Assembly (NCBI RefSeq): GCF_001194135.2
Contig: NC_068982.1
Coordinates: 113,013,321-113,077,320 of the forward strand
DNA: 64,000 nt
Source: Octopus bimaculoides
Taxonomy: Eukaryota
Direction of reading: 5' to 3'
Positions within the stretch are counted from its first letter, which is position 1, and every line of letters begins with the position of its first letter. Positions 40,734-53,362 of this stretch are shown here, piece after piece. A model generated the notes under the pieces. That model saw only the letters and a program-made list of their open reading frames with translations. It was not told the DNA's origin and searched no databases. The translations under genes and the position numbers were made by a program.

Positions 40734-41066
40734 NNNNNNNNNNNNNNNNNNNNNNNNNNNNNNNNNNNNNNNNNNNNNNNNNNNNNNNNNNNNNNNNNNN
40801 NNNNNNNNNNNNNNNNNNNNNNNNNNNNNNNNNNNNNNNNNNNNNNNNNNNNNNNNNNNNNNNNNNNNNNNNNNNNNNNNNNNNNNNNNNNNNNNNNNNN
40901 NNNNNNNNNNNNNNNNNNNNNNNNNNNNNNNNNNNNNNNNNNNNNNNNNNNNNNNNNNNNNNNNNNNNNNNNNNNNNNNNNNNNNNNNNNNNNNNNNNNN
41001 NNNNNNNNNNNNNNNNNNNNNNNNNNNNNNNNNNNNNNNNNNNNNNNNNNNNNNNNNNNNNNNNNN
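40734..41066. other. Assembly gap (N run)
   Basis: Direct reading. Confidence 1.
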
Positions 41067-41181
41067 AAGAAGAAGAAGAAGAAGAAGAAGAAGAAGAAGA
41101 AGAAGAAGAAGAAGAAGAAGAAGAAGAAGAAGAAGAAGAAGAAGAAGAAGAAGAAGAAGAAGAAGAAGAAGAAGAAGAAGA
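41067..41181. repeat. (AAG)n microsatellite
   Basis: Direct reading. Confidence 0.95.
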
Positions 41182-41244
41182 ATGCGGGAGTGCTATGATA
41201 GTAGTAGGATTTCAATGCTCAAGTGCCTGAAAGAGCATTGCATT

Positions 41245-41492
41245 TTGGTCATGTCTTCTACCTCAGGCCGACAAAAGCCTTCTGAGTAGATTTGGTAGAA
41301 GGAAACTGAAAGAAGCCTGTCGTATATATATTTATGTGCGTGTCGTCTTTGTGTCTGTGTTTGTTCCCCAACACTGCTTGACAACCTGTGTGACACATGG
41401 CCACGTCCCCGTAACTTAGCGGTTCAGCAAAGAACCGATAGAATAAATACCAGGCTTAAAAAAATAATTGCTAGGGTCGATTCATTTGTGTG
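41245..41492 (+). mobile_element. tRNA-derived SINE, major family, partial
   Basis: GGCCGACAAAAGCCTT..GAGTAGATTTGGTAGAAGGAAACTGAAAGAAGCC...CGTCCCCGTAACTTAGCGGTTCAGCAAAG. Confidence 0.8.
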
Positions 41493-41499
41493 TAGTACT

Positions 41500-42300
41500 C
41501 ATGGTTATAGGAATTAGTAAAAAGTCTACTCCCAGAATGAGGGGTTAAGCCAGGTTTATTAGCAATATTATAATTAATACTATTACTGGGTGTTGTCATA
41601 AAGGTACTATCAATTTCACAGATGGACTTACCTTCACCTAAAGTATCAAAAATTATTTCAGGAGAAATTATCATTAGAATTTATCTCATAATTGACCCTT
41701 TCAGCGCTACTCCCGTTTACTAATTTTCACTTGTTAAGATACTCTCTAATTTTACTTTTGTGATGTGCTGCTATAATTCCTGGTGATTGAGTAGGAAGAT
41801 TTTATTCTGTGGCGATGAAATAATTTCCCATTCTTACTTGAAGACCTGGAGAAACCGGATAGAGTGGGACACTCAAAAAATTCAAAGAGTGTTTTTCCGG
41901 GACCTTTAAATATTAATCTTTCTACACATGTGGATGGTGAAAAATCGATATCCCTAGATAATCCAGGACTTTATCTATGTATAGCGTTAATAATAGAAAT
42001 ACTCACTAAATCAGTTATTTGTGCAGAGTCACTGGAAGTTACAGTAATGTCGAAATTATCAGTTCTATCAATCCTAGTCTAGCACTTTCCATCGAATTAT
42101 GTTATGGTTTTCCTAGTAGGTAGTAATATGTCAACATCACGTATAGATAAATCTGAATGCGTCATATGGAAAATTAAGGCCTTATTAAGTATAGAGTCGA
42201 TGGATGAGTCATAATTCGTTTTATCTAATTGAATCAATTTAGATGAATTTAGTACTTTTTTACTAATTAACATCAAGGAACCAATAAATTACTTCGAAGG
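41500..42300 (-). mobile_element. Unclassified interspersed repeat, homologous to 37770-38480
   Basis: Direct sequence similarity to the 37.8-kb copy. Partly open minus-strand frames with no recognisable motif. Confidence 0.5.
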
Positions 42301-42312
42301 GGTTACGGAGGC

Positions 42313-42604
42313 TAACACCTATAGTGCCAGAAATAAGACTTAGAAGCCCTTATAGCCGCAGAAAGCCCAAGTATATGCACTAACAGGGGGGATAACCTCA
42401 CCAGTGCGACTACACCATCGCTGGATGGTTTGCTTGCATCTCGATGGAGTAGTCACCACCGATGAGCTATAATCCTATGCAACAGTAGAATAGTATGGTG
42501 ATCGTGTTCGCTGTGGAGTACTTATCGCCCCTGTCAGTGCATAGACATGTGCTTTCTGTGGTTATCGGGGCTTTTAGCTCTGATGTCTGGTGATGTAGGT
42601 GCTA
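42313..42604. mobile_element. Foldback/MITE-like element with 83-bp terminal inverted arms and an internal hairpin
   Basis: 42313-42395 aligns without gaps to the reverse complement of 42522-42604 (64/83 identical by hand count). Inner inverted repeat GACTACACCATCG (42408-42420) / CGATGGAGTAGTC (42442-42454). Confidence 0.75.
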
Positions 42605-42612
42605 CACAAAAA

Positions 42613-42652
<40 letters not shown>

Positions 42653-43110
42653 CTATGTATATAAGCATGTATAGATGATATGTATGTATGTACACAAATA
42701 GAGGTATATCAAGCACATTTAGCGGAAACGTTTGATTTATTAAAAAAATTCTCGAGTGAATGTGTATCAACTTTAGCAGACAGTAATTGTGATCCGCTCT
42801 ATATGAAAGGGAAGATAATCTCAAGAATCAAGAAACTTCCAAAGTTTGTATGCGTTTAAAGAAAATACAGGTTTATTGCCTGGAGATAAGAAGATAGTCG
42901 TGGATATGTGCTTCTGACTTGACTGATGTAAATAGTATGACTGTTCCCTTATCTGCAGGCATAAGCCTTCTTTTTCCTTTATAGTATATCCACTTTGATT
43001 CTTGGCGTTATCTCCCCTTCATCCATGAAATGGTTGTGAATTCTGTTAAATCTCTCTCTGTATAAAACTGAGGATGTGTGTGTGTGTGTGCGTGTGTGTG
43101 AGCGTGCGTG

Positions 43111-43167
<57 letters not shown>

Positions 43168-43716
43168 AAACCCGCAGAACGTCTGAAATTCGCAACTGAT
43201 TTTCTCTAAACTGGGAACATACATTACATATGCTCTAGAGATGGCTTTAGATCCTTAACTTATTCATTTAACAAGTATTGGAGCTCCTAGGGCACAAAAA
43301 CTACCTTTCCTGGGGTACGTATGACTGTCCGCATGGTCCACGTATTGCTTCTGTTCAAACTGGGAAAAACAGCGACTGAAATGATATAAGTAGGTGGCAT
43401 TAAATGGATGAACCGATGTAGACTTCAAACTGCGTCGTCTGAGTGGTAACAATTATAACCTGTTCCCGTAGTACCATAAGTAGCAATTTTTTGGAATAAA
43501 AGCCGTTTGGAATGCACTATGTGTATAATGAAAAATATGCTAAAATATGTTAAATCTTGAGCAGCTATTCAACTATTTTCTTTTAGCTTCAGTATCAAAG
43601 TCTTCCTTCTAAGCATAGAAGCCCATATAAATATTCTTCAGCTATTGATTACAAACCAAAATATCGCATGTACATTAACCTACTAATTTATAGCGTCGAA
43701 GATCCAAACACGTTAC

Positions 43717-43850
43717 TTAGAGACCGTGTCCTTAATGTGACCTTGCGTGCTCGGACGCTGCATGCAGAATCGTTTTCGTTTGGGAGCTGAGTTGTCTTCT
43801 CAATGGTCGCACGCTAAGAGTGCAAAGGAGTGTACGGTTTAGCCACGAAT
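43717..43850 (+). ncRNA. Candidate structured RNA, unit 1 of tandem pair (family unknown)
   Basis: Long imperfect hairpin 43722-43839; 23-nt 5' motif identical to unit 2. Confidence 0.4.
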
Positions 43851-43890
43851 ATTGATTCTCAATTACATCAGGAAACCAACGTCACGTTTG

Positions 43891-43980
43891 TTAGAGACCG
43901 TGTCCTTAATGTGCGTACCTCGATGTCCTCACACTGGTCAGACGTTGTTTACGCGAAGGCAAGCACGGTTGAGCCACAAC
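43891..43980 (+). ncRNA. Candidate structured RNA, unit 2 of tandem pair (family unknown)
   Basis: Hairpin 43896-43970 with the same 8 bp / 3-nt bulge / 4 bp basal geometry as unit 1. Confidence 0.4.
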
Positions 43981-46955
43981 AATTGATTCCAAACTGAAAT
44001 ATCGCATGACAGCGTTGTTTTCAAGCCCTTCCTTGCCAATCCCACTCACCTTATCAAGTAATTTCTTTCATGTAGATTTCTCTCATGTGGTGCTGTTGAG
44101 ATCGCCCACAAGCTTAATTTATCACATAGAAGTAGTTCCTATGTCTGCTGATGCTTCGGTCTGGTAGTGGCAGCGACCACAGGCACAAAGTGAAATATAT
44201 CAATCGGAAGCGTTTTATAATCACCACCCACTTTTTCATGACAAGGTTAAGGCCTGGAATCTTCCAAACAGACGCATGACATGTCACTTATTCGAATTAG
44301 CCCTTCATTTACTCCACAAGTGTTTTGTTTTCAAAGCTGCACTTCCATGTATCACATGGTTCAACTTAACTGTATCATATACAGACTATGCCATTTAAAT
44401 CCCGAGCAACGCTGGGCATCTCTGCTAGTGGGAAATAAAAGTGCAACTCTGTTTTCTGAGATCGCCATGCACTTATAACAAGAAACAATTGTAACACACT
44501 ACGGCGTTGAACATAAAGCAAGACTAGATAGGAAGACATTAAACAGAAAACACATCTTTGCAATAGAAAATATCCATGAAATAGATGAGTAATAATGAAA
44601 GCAATGCTCACGATGCAGTACGCATAATTCTAAAATACATGCACAGACAACGTTCACACATCAAAAGCAACGTCACAGTGTGACTAATGAAATATAGCAT
44701 TTGAAGATCTAATCAAAGTTATGCGATAGAATCTATAGAATTCACATTTACTAACAGAAAAAGAGACAGTTGCACAAACAAATAATACTTTCTATTCTGG
44801 AAGCGAGATGTGAATGTCTAAAACGTTGATAACCATACATTTTAGTAAATTGTTTGTTCAATAGAATGTGTGAGATATTCGTACAAATCATGAAGTAAAA
44901 AAAAAAATTCATAAATTACAACTACATAAAACTCGTGCTTTTAATTCTAAATGGTATTCGCGTATATACGTATATATTTCTCTCGGGGACATGACATCTG
45001 TCATATAGCAGAATGTACAAGTTGAAGAGGCCGATGCAGGTCCTACATCAGGGTTGAGCATTTAATCTTGCGACTGGAGGAATTTTTCTTGTGAATTGAT
45101 CTGAGACTTCTCTGCTAGCGACAATAGGTTCTCCAAACTTCACTCATGTGCTACAGAAGGTATGGTAAACTACTAGCTTTTTCTTAACTTCTAACTTAAT
45201 GTTATCAAAACTCTTTTAGTGTGTAAGGGAGACGCTGTTGCTACCTTCTCAACCTACATAATCAACAAGAATTTCACTCAAAGTCGTGCTACATCATAAT
45301 TGCAGTCCAATAATAGCATAAACCATGACAGTTATAGTTCGTTTGACAGCTATGACTTGGTCACTGACACATTCAATAGAATAATTTCAGTAACTTACAG
45401 GAAATCGTTCTCAAATGCGCCGACTGATTTTGAAAAAGGGGTGAGTTGCATTATATAACGTAGTCACTGACATATAAACAGACGAGATGGTCGCAGTTAG
45501 AACCAGTTTCTGATCACTGGGTTACTGACTCAAGTTTGAATGGGCCTAAAAAATAACATCAACAATTGCTAATAATGGGACAAGCCATTGACGAGAATGT
45601 GGCATCTGTGTGAAAAGCTTGGTTATAAAAATGTCTTCGTTTCTGATAAAGTTGAACTATGTCCAGTCGACATTATGTAACTGTTCATAGTGTTTACACG
45701 ATGACAAAAGCAAAATTTGACAACACGACTGTTGAAATTTCAATGATAAATTAGGAATACTTTGTTGCGATAGTGAGGATGTCCGAAATTGATGCAAGTT
45801 TAAGCAACGCAGTATCCGAATGCAAAATTGCCGAAGAGGACTGGCTTACGTTCCAGTTATCAAATTTAAGCGTCTGAGTTCCTGTCATGACCTACAACAA
45901 CTCAAAGGAATTGAAAACAGCATTAGATACAAAGAGAGTATTTGATAACAAAATGACATCAACGATCTTATGACTGGGCTTATGTAGCAGATATGGTGAG
46001 GAATTCTTGTAATCTTAAGCACTCTAATTGATTACAGCTCATATGAAGTCATATGAAACAAACTTGGATTCAGTACTTAGCTAATTATTATCGAAAATGC
46101 TAAAGACTTTATTCTTAGTGAGCAACAAGATATATGTTATTGTTATATTGTTTTAACAATAAATTTCTCCAAACTGATCAGTTGAACAATAATTATGAGC
46201 AACGGTATATGTCAGCTATAAAATAGATATGTAATTAAATCTACAAAATAAGCTAATATTTCAGTGTTTAAATAGATTTTTCAAAACAAGGTGGTTGATA
46301 GATTAAAGGATGAGAATAAATACATTATTTAATTTCAGGTCATTGTTGTGTGTTCAAATCTTGTCTTTGTATACTTAAGCTTACGTAATTCTAATGTCGA
46401 TAAAATATATGCCTATAAGGAAATGTATCCAAGTTAATCAGCTATATCCTTTCAAAGTTGTAACGCTATCTACAAATTAATAAACATTTCAAGTTGTCTA
46501 TACAGCATTTCAGAGAACATTTTCCGTAAATCTGAATATTTTCTGAACAGTAGTAAATGATATTATAGAGCCATGTCCTCACCCAATCAACTACTACTAA
46601 GGCGCAACCTCTCCGTTTCAGAATAGAGCAATCCGTAATTAACTGGTTCTTCGTCATTTTTCTTCAGCCTAATATGGTGTAGAATTTACTTTGTGGTTGA
46701 CTGATTTAACGTGCAGGCTGATATGATTTGACTTTATCTGTCATTCCAGCAGTTCCTGTTGACTACACCTCAGTTCTCTAAATGTATGAAATATTATTAT
46801 TACCATGATTGTCGTGTTGCTGAAGCTCAAGTCATGAGATTCGCTTGTATCAGATGCCTAACAATATGGATTCCTTATTGGATATTTCTTTATGTTAACT
46901 TAGGTATAAAAATGTAACTACAATATTTGTAAAAATTTGAAGAACACAATATATA

Positions 46956-47912
46956 CAATGTGTTCGGACTAAATTTGAAGATTTGTCTTATAGCTGCTTT
47001 TTTCAGGAACAGCTTGATGCATTGGTGGACAGTCAAATGCGTTGAAGAGCATATTGATTAAATTTCAAGCTAAGAAAAAGTGGCATGAAAGACTGGAAGT
47101 CCATCTGAATATTGGAAACGAGTTTCCCGTATCAAAATGCCTACATCATGACTGATGCTCAATGCCCTGTTTACAATGTGAAGGCTGTAAGACATGGGAT
47201 GAACAGATGTAACGGAGTCTACGAAGCCATGACTAGCAGGAAAAGACACAAGAGGCGTTCTGACTGTGTCCACACGCTGGACTTCATTTCCACATATTTG
47301 AATAGGTTGTTAGGCTCAATTCAGACCATGCAAACGGGGACTACGAATCTGAGGTCAGCAAGAAAATCTTGGTCATTGGGTGTTTCTCTGGTGACTTTGA
47401 CGCCATGACGCCGCTCATCTTTGAATAGGGCCTTAGACTGAATTCAGAGGGCTATCTGAAGTTGTCGACTGGAGAAGATTGCTACGGGAAAGCTATATGT
47501 GTGGCAGCATGATTTGGTTCCCTGTCATACCTCCGAAAAGTTTCAAAAGTGGTTGTCGGAAAATTTGTCCGACTTCACTAGCCCCTCTTTCTATCTTCGT
47601 AATTCCACCAATTTTAATCCCATGGATAACTATGTGTGGGGCGTGGTGGAAAAGAACTGCTCTACCTGCTGCACCAAAGTCAAGCTGGTGCTCATAATCA
47701 GGGAGGTGATCGAAGAGTTTCCCAGGGGTGCTGTGAGGAACGCATGTACCAGGTTTCAGAGGCGTCTTGAGGCCATGGTAGAAGAAGATGAAACCGGCTA
47801 CTTTCAGTACACTGTTATCTCCCAACCATAATCTAGCTGATATTTTGTGGAGGATCAGGTACTATGTTTTCTGTTCCTGTTATGCAAACTGTCAAATTTA
47901 TGCCCAATAAAG
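46956..47912 (+). mobile_element. Tc1/mariner (maT/DD37D-like) transposon remnant with degenerate TIRs
   Basis: ORF 47499-47831 'WQHDLVPCHTS...NSTNFNPMDNYVWGVVE...RNACTRFQRRLEAMVE' matches the QQD.AP.HT / NSPDLNP.DY.VW pattern. The ends TA|CAATGTGTTCGGACTAAATTTG and CAAATTTATGCCCAATAAAG|TA are partially complementary. Confidence 0.75.
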
Positions 47913-47980
47913 TATACGAGACGTTTTAACTCTCAATATAGCGACCATCTTTCACTGGCATACCTCTAATATATCATATT

Positions 47981-48179
47981 ATCTTTTATTTGTTTCGGTC
48001 ATTTGACTGCTGCCATGCTGGAGCAACAACTTTAGTCGAGCAAATCCAGGACTTATTCTTTGGAAGCCTAGTACTTATTCTATCGGTCTCATTTGCAGAA
48101 CCGCTAAATTACGGGAACGTAAACACACCAGCATCGGTTGTCAAGCGATGGTGGGGGAACAAATACAGACACAAACGCG

Positions 48180-48213
<34 letters not shown>

Positions 48214-48393
48214 TTCACACGTATATATACATATACATATATACGACGGGCTTTCAGTTTCCGTCTGCCAAATCCAGTCACAAGGTTTTAGTCGGCCCGA
48301 GGCTATAGTAGAAGACACTTGCCCAAGGTGCCACGCAGTGGGACTGAACCCAAAACCATGTGATTGGTAAGCAAGCTACTTACCACACAGCCA
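47981..48393 (-). mobile_element. tRNA-derived SINE, major family, full length, least diverged copy in the window
   Basis: Reverse complement begins TGGCTGTGTGGTAAGTAGCTTGCTTACCAATCACATGGTTTTGGGTTCAGTCCCACTGCGTGGCACC (A and B boxes), followed by an internal microsatellite, core and tail. Confidence 0.92.
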
Positions 48394-51300
48394 TCCAACT
48401 TTTAATTACTTCAATTTATACATATAGACATGCGGTCAAAAATCACTGAATACCCATTTCATACTACCAGCGTGTGATGAACTAACTGTTGATTCATTGC
48501 GTACACATTGTCCAGCAGTCAAAAGTTAGTCACTGCCCGTTCAGACACGGTAGTTTATTGTTTTCGCATCATTTTAATACCATTAACTATCTCCTTCTAA
48601 ACTATATATCCCACCGTTTAGAAGATCAGCAATCTGTGACCATTTTATTGTGATAAAAATCCCCTGAGAGTATTTTAAAATAGTTATACGCTATAGAAAC
48701 CGGGAAACCGGGCCCATGAGCCTGGCTAGGCTTTGAAAGGGCGACGTTTTTTTTACATCATTAATATTAGAGTGAACTTATCATTCTTAAAAGAGTGTCT
48801 GCTTTCCTCACACGAAACTGCAATCATCGAAAGCAGTTATAATTTTAGAAATTATAGAAATATTATAAATATAGAAATAAATTTAATTTAGTTTCGTAAA
48901 ATATTTTAAACGAGAAAACTATTTTTGAGGAACATGCGAAAAATCCATGCATTTCCATTCACTTGTGTATGTATGATACAGAAAATAACAATCATTATAT
49001 CTCCAATATATTTTACAAATTTATAGAAATTCTAAAAGAAACTTAAGAGATATTTTGAAAACACATTTACTATAAGAATCAATACAGATAAGAATTTAGG
49101 TCATGTCAAAAAAAATAATTGTTCTTTATTTGTATAGAAACGCATCGTTATATTATTTATGTCAGTCAATATACTTCTCTTTTTCCTCATTTATATGTCT
49201 TACTCGTCTCCTTCATTCTGACAGTATTTAACTATTTATCTAGTGACAGATATAACTCTAGGTGCCATAGGTGAAACCACAATTTTGAATTATGAAATAA
49301 ACTTCATTACACATATTGAGTACTCATTTTCTTCTGTTTTGTACAATCATATAGGCACATAACACTGGCATATTATATGTTTCTGAGAGTGTACGTCTGT
49401 GTATAAGTATTTGTATATAAATGTGTATATGTGTGTATGTAACTCATGTGTGTATGTAACTCATGTGTGTATTTGTATGTGTGCGCATGCGCGCGTATGT
49501 GTGTAAATTACTGACGAACCGGCAACGCTTATAGTTCATAATGAAGTTAATTTAAGCACATACCCAGAGACATTAGCTGCCAAAATAACCATTTGAATTA
49601 ACTAGACAGATGAAAAAGACAAAATTCTATCACGCTTATGCAAACTCAATGCGGAATGTAAAGAAGTTGTATAAAACGTTTTTATTAAAATTGTTAGTTT
49701 TCTGTCTAACCCAACAGTAAGCTTTAGTATGAATACTAAATATTGCTTGCACGTCAGTAATTTACGTTGGAGAAATAACGGCCAAAAATAAAGCTACCTG
49801 AGTGAGTTGAATGCGTATATTAGAACAACTGAAACGATATTGTCCATTCGGTTCTGATCTCATTGTCAAGAATGTGGTTGTATAAATATGAAAGATGTTT
49901 ACGCCTATCATATGTACCCAGTAAATTTATTTAATTTACAAATGCAGTGGTGGCAAACATCTTTGAATACACTCGTTAGAAAACGTTAGTTTGTATAATT
50001 ATGAACATTCCTGAATCAAGGAGACAAGAAATCGAAACACTACTTAATGCATGCTAAAGATAACTTTGGAGCGAATAGTTATATTTTACAAATTTAATGA
50101 TTTAGCAAACTGTTTCTGCTTTGATAATTCAATAACTCTTAGGAAACTGAGGAGATACTTTGCTGCAGTATAAAATCTCTAAAATATATCTATTCATATG
50201 TATTTATGAGTGATCTCAAAAATACATGTTCTTTTTAGATATCTATCCCAATGGCTATGGCTATGCTAAAATAACTCACACCTCGCTATAACCTCTCTAC
50301 GAGCTGTATTTTTGTTGAATGATAAGCCTCAGCTTTTGTTGTATGTTCGAACATTTGATGGAGTAATTAGGATTATGGAGTGATCATGAAGTTCAGTCAT
50401 TAGTACAGTTTTTAATGCCAAGTTAGGTGCTAACTGTTCGAGGACCTTCTGCAGAAAAATCACTTTATATCTTCTAGTCCTTGTTCCAGGAATTAGATTA
50501 TTATCATTATTGACATCTGCCAGTAAAAGCTCGGCTGATTCATTGAGGATGAACTCTGTGTGTTGCAACGTTAGGTCGGTTCTATTATTGCTCTGAGTTT
50601 ACAGTTGTATGGAGGAACATAGTTGTATTTTCAGCTCTCCTCTCTCCATAGAACCGGCATAGCTTCTTGCATTCTAGTATAATGAGCTCGTATGACTTAA
50701 AGATTAAATTAAGCATAAACCGAAAGACAACGCGTCGACGAAACTACAGCCTTTAGATCGTGAGCCAAATATTCTAGAATTTAGGCTATGAACATTCCAC
50801 CACATATACGAACGCATACATGTGCACGCACATGTGCACATATACGTATAAGGCAAATTGTCGTGTTCTTTTTCTGTGTTCTCTTCGCTCTCAGTTTACT
50901 GACGAGGTAAAATTTATGTGACAAAAATGTATATACATAAATTAATGATCCCTGGAAAGAGGTGACGCATTGTATCTCGTTGAAGACAGTACAAAATTAT
51001 ATGCTACGATAGTTAGACGAAAACGTGATGGAAGGTGAAACGTTTCAATCTCCTATGTTACTTCTAGAAATAGCACAGGAAGTGATATTTCAAGAAGTTA
51101 CTATCAGTGATAATCAAGATTTTATTATATTTTTTACTGATAACAAGACTTATGAAACAATTAATAAAACTACAAATGCTCAATTTGGATAGAGAAGAGT
51201 CTCGTCTACAATTGGTTCTAGAATAGCAGATCTCGTCCTGAAGCATTTAAAACGTCATTCAAAAAAAAAAACGATGCAATAAAGAAGCATCAGAAAAAGA

Positions 51301-51750
51301 AAAAAAAATAATAATTGTAATAGTAGAGTAAATTGATATACTGAAAAGTTAGAAATTTGTATGTAAAAAATGAAATAGTCAATATATCATGTCATTAAAA
51401 AAAATAATTTAAATTTAACAAACCAGTTGCATCGTACGTTTTATTTATCGTTCCGTATTTTGTATCTGCTAGAAAAACAAATGAATAATATTTTTTATAC
51501 AGTTTGATATAATATTGTTCAGAGAAATTTTTTCTATACTTGTAGTAGCATAAGTGGTCTATTGCATTTTAAACAAGTCAATATTTCTCTGATTGATTAA
51601 AACTATTCATCTGCATGAGAAATATTCGAACTTCCAATGATAACAAATTTCTGATACGCAGTAGAAAAAAAATACGACATCAATTTCATTAATTAATGTA
51701 GGTATATAGATTCAGAGACAGACAGACAAATAGCTAGCTAGTTAGCTAAC

Positions 51751-51754
<4 letters not shown>

Positions 51755-51812
<58 letters not shown>
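51755..51812. repeat. (GATA)n microsatellite
   Basis: Direct reading. Confidence 0.95.
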
Positions 51813-51933
51813 CACGCACGTTCAGTTACTTCAACAGTGGACATACACTTACATGTAGAAACTACACACAAGTGCATCATGTATGTATGTGTATATATAT
51901 GTGTGTGTATGTGTATGTATATATATATATATA

Positions 51934-52609
51934 NNNNNNNNNNNNNNNNNNNNNNNNNNNNNNNNNNNNNNNNNNNNNNNNNNNNNNNNNNNNNNNNNNN
52001 NNNNNNNNNNNNNNNNNNNNNNNNNNNNNNNNNNNNNNNNNNNNNNNNNNNNNNNNNNNNNNNNNNNNNNNNNNNNNNNNNNNNNNNNNNNNNNNNNNNN
52101 NNNNNNNNNNNNNNNNNNNNNNNNNNNNNNNNNNNNNNNNNNNNNNNNNNNNNNNNNNNNNNNNNNNNNNNNNNNNNNNNNNNNNNNNNNNNNNNNNNNN
52201 NNNNNNNNNNNNNNNNNNNNNNNNNNNNNNNNNNNNNNNNNNNNNNNNNNNNNNNNNNNNNNNNNNNNNNNNNNNNNNNNNNNNNNNNNNNNNNNNNNNN
52301 NNNNNNNNNNNNNNNNNNNNNNNNNNNNNNNNNNNNNNNNNNNNNNNNNNNNNNNNNNNNNNNNNNNNNNNNNNNNNNNNNNNNNNNNNNNNNNNNNNNN
52401 NNNNNNNNNNNNNNNNNNNNNNNNNNNNNNNNNNNNNNNNNNNNNNNNNNNNNNNNNNNNNNNNNNNNNNNNNNNNNNNNNNNNNNNNNNNNNNNNNNNN
52501 NNNNNNNNNNNNNNNNNNNNNNNNNNNNNNNNNNNNNNNNNNNNNNNNNNNNNNNNNNNNNNNNNNNNNNNNNNNNNNNNNNNNNNNNNNNNNNNNNNNN
52601 NNNNNNNNN
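51934..52609. other. Assembly gap (N run)
   Basis: Direct reading. Confidence 1.
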
Positions 52610-52638
52610 CTCACAAACATCTCTACCGGCACACACAC

Positions 52639-52684
<46 letters not shown>

Positions 52685-53362
52685 ACATATATATATATAT
52701 GCACAAAGATATATACGCAATTACCTACATTCACAGAACATACATATAACTAATTCACATGTACACCAAGAGCTATCTCGTCTTAAACGAAAGAGCCTTG
52801 TAATTTTGTTTGTGGCTGGATTGAATTTTGCAAAAGAATAAATAAATTAAATAAATTCAAGCATGGAATAGAACTCAAAACGCTGATAGTTCTAAAAATA
52901 AAACTCAAAACATTAGTATATATGCGTTTCTATTAATAATTGGTAGCGGTTACAGTGTCAATCATGGGTCGAGGTTTTCGTGCATTGATAAATGGTAACG
53001 CAAGAAACTCTCGACCCTTAAGTCATCTTGGAATTTTTGCCGATTATTAATATAAAACTCATTGTATGTGTTTCTTTATTCCTTTGGCAGAACGTTGAAC
53101 CTACGGTGGGCCTTTGAACGCCAAGCTCTTTGCAGTGTTTGGTCCTCGCTGTAGATACACTCGACGATATTCTTGGAAGTTAGGTACTAACCATTCCAGA
53201 ATTTTCCACAGATCTCTCGCATCTTCAATCCAAGGATAAAATTTCATTATAGACATCTGTATTTTACAATTATAATTCTAGTTCTAAATGTTTTGCATAC
53301 TTCAACATATGTAAAATATATCCACAACCTTACTCATACCTCGAATATTTCTTGAGTGTTTT

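Noticed and set aside
43717-43980. Interpretation of the tandem motifs as CRISPR repeats or as H/ACA or C/D snoRNAs
   Set aside because: Eukaryotic context, only two units with unequal long spacers, no C/D boxes, and no two-sided pseudouridylation pocket.
51746-52841. 300+ aa ORFs here and at 57812-58849, 40577-41289 and 35319-35835
   Set aside because: They are open only because they span N gaps.
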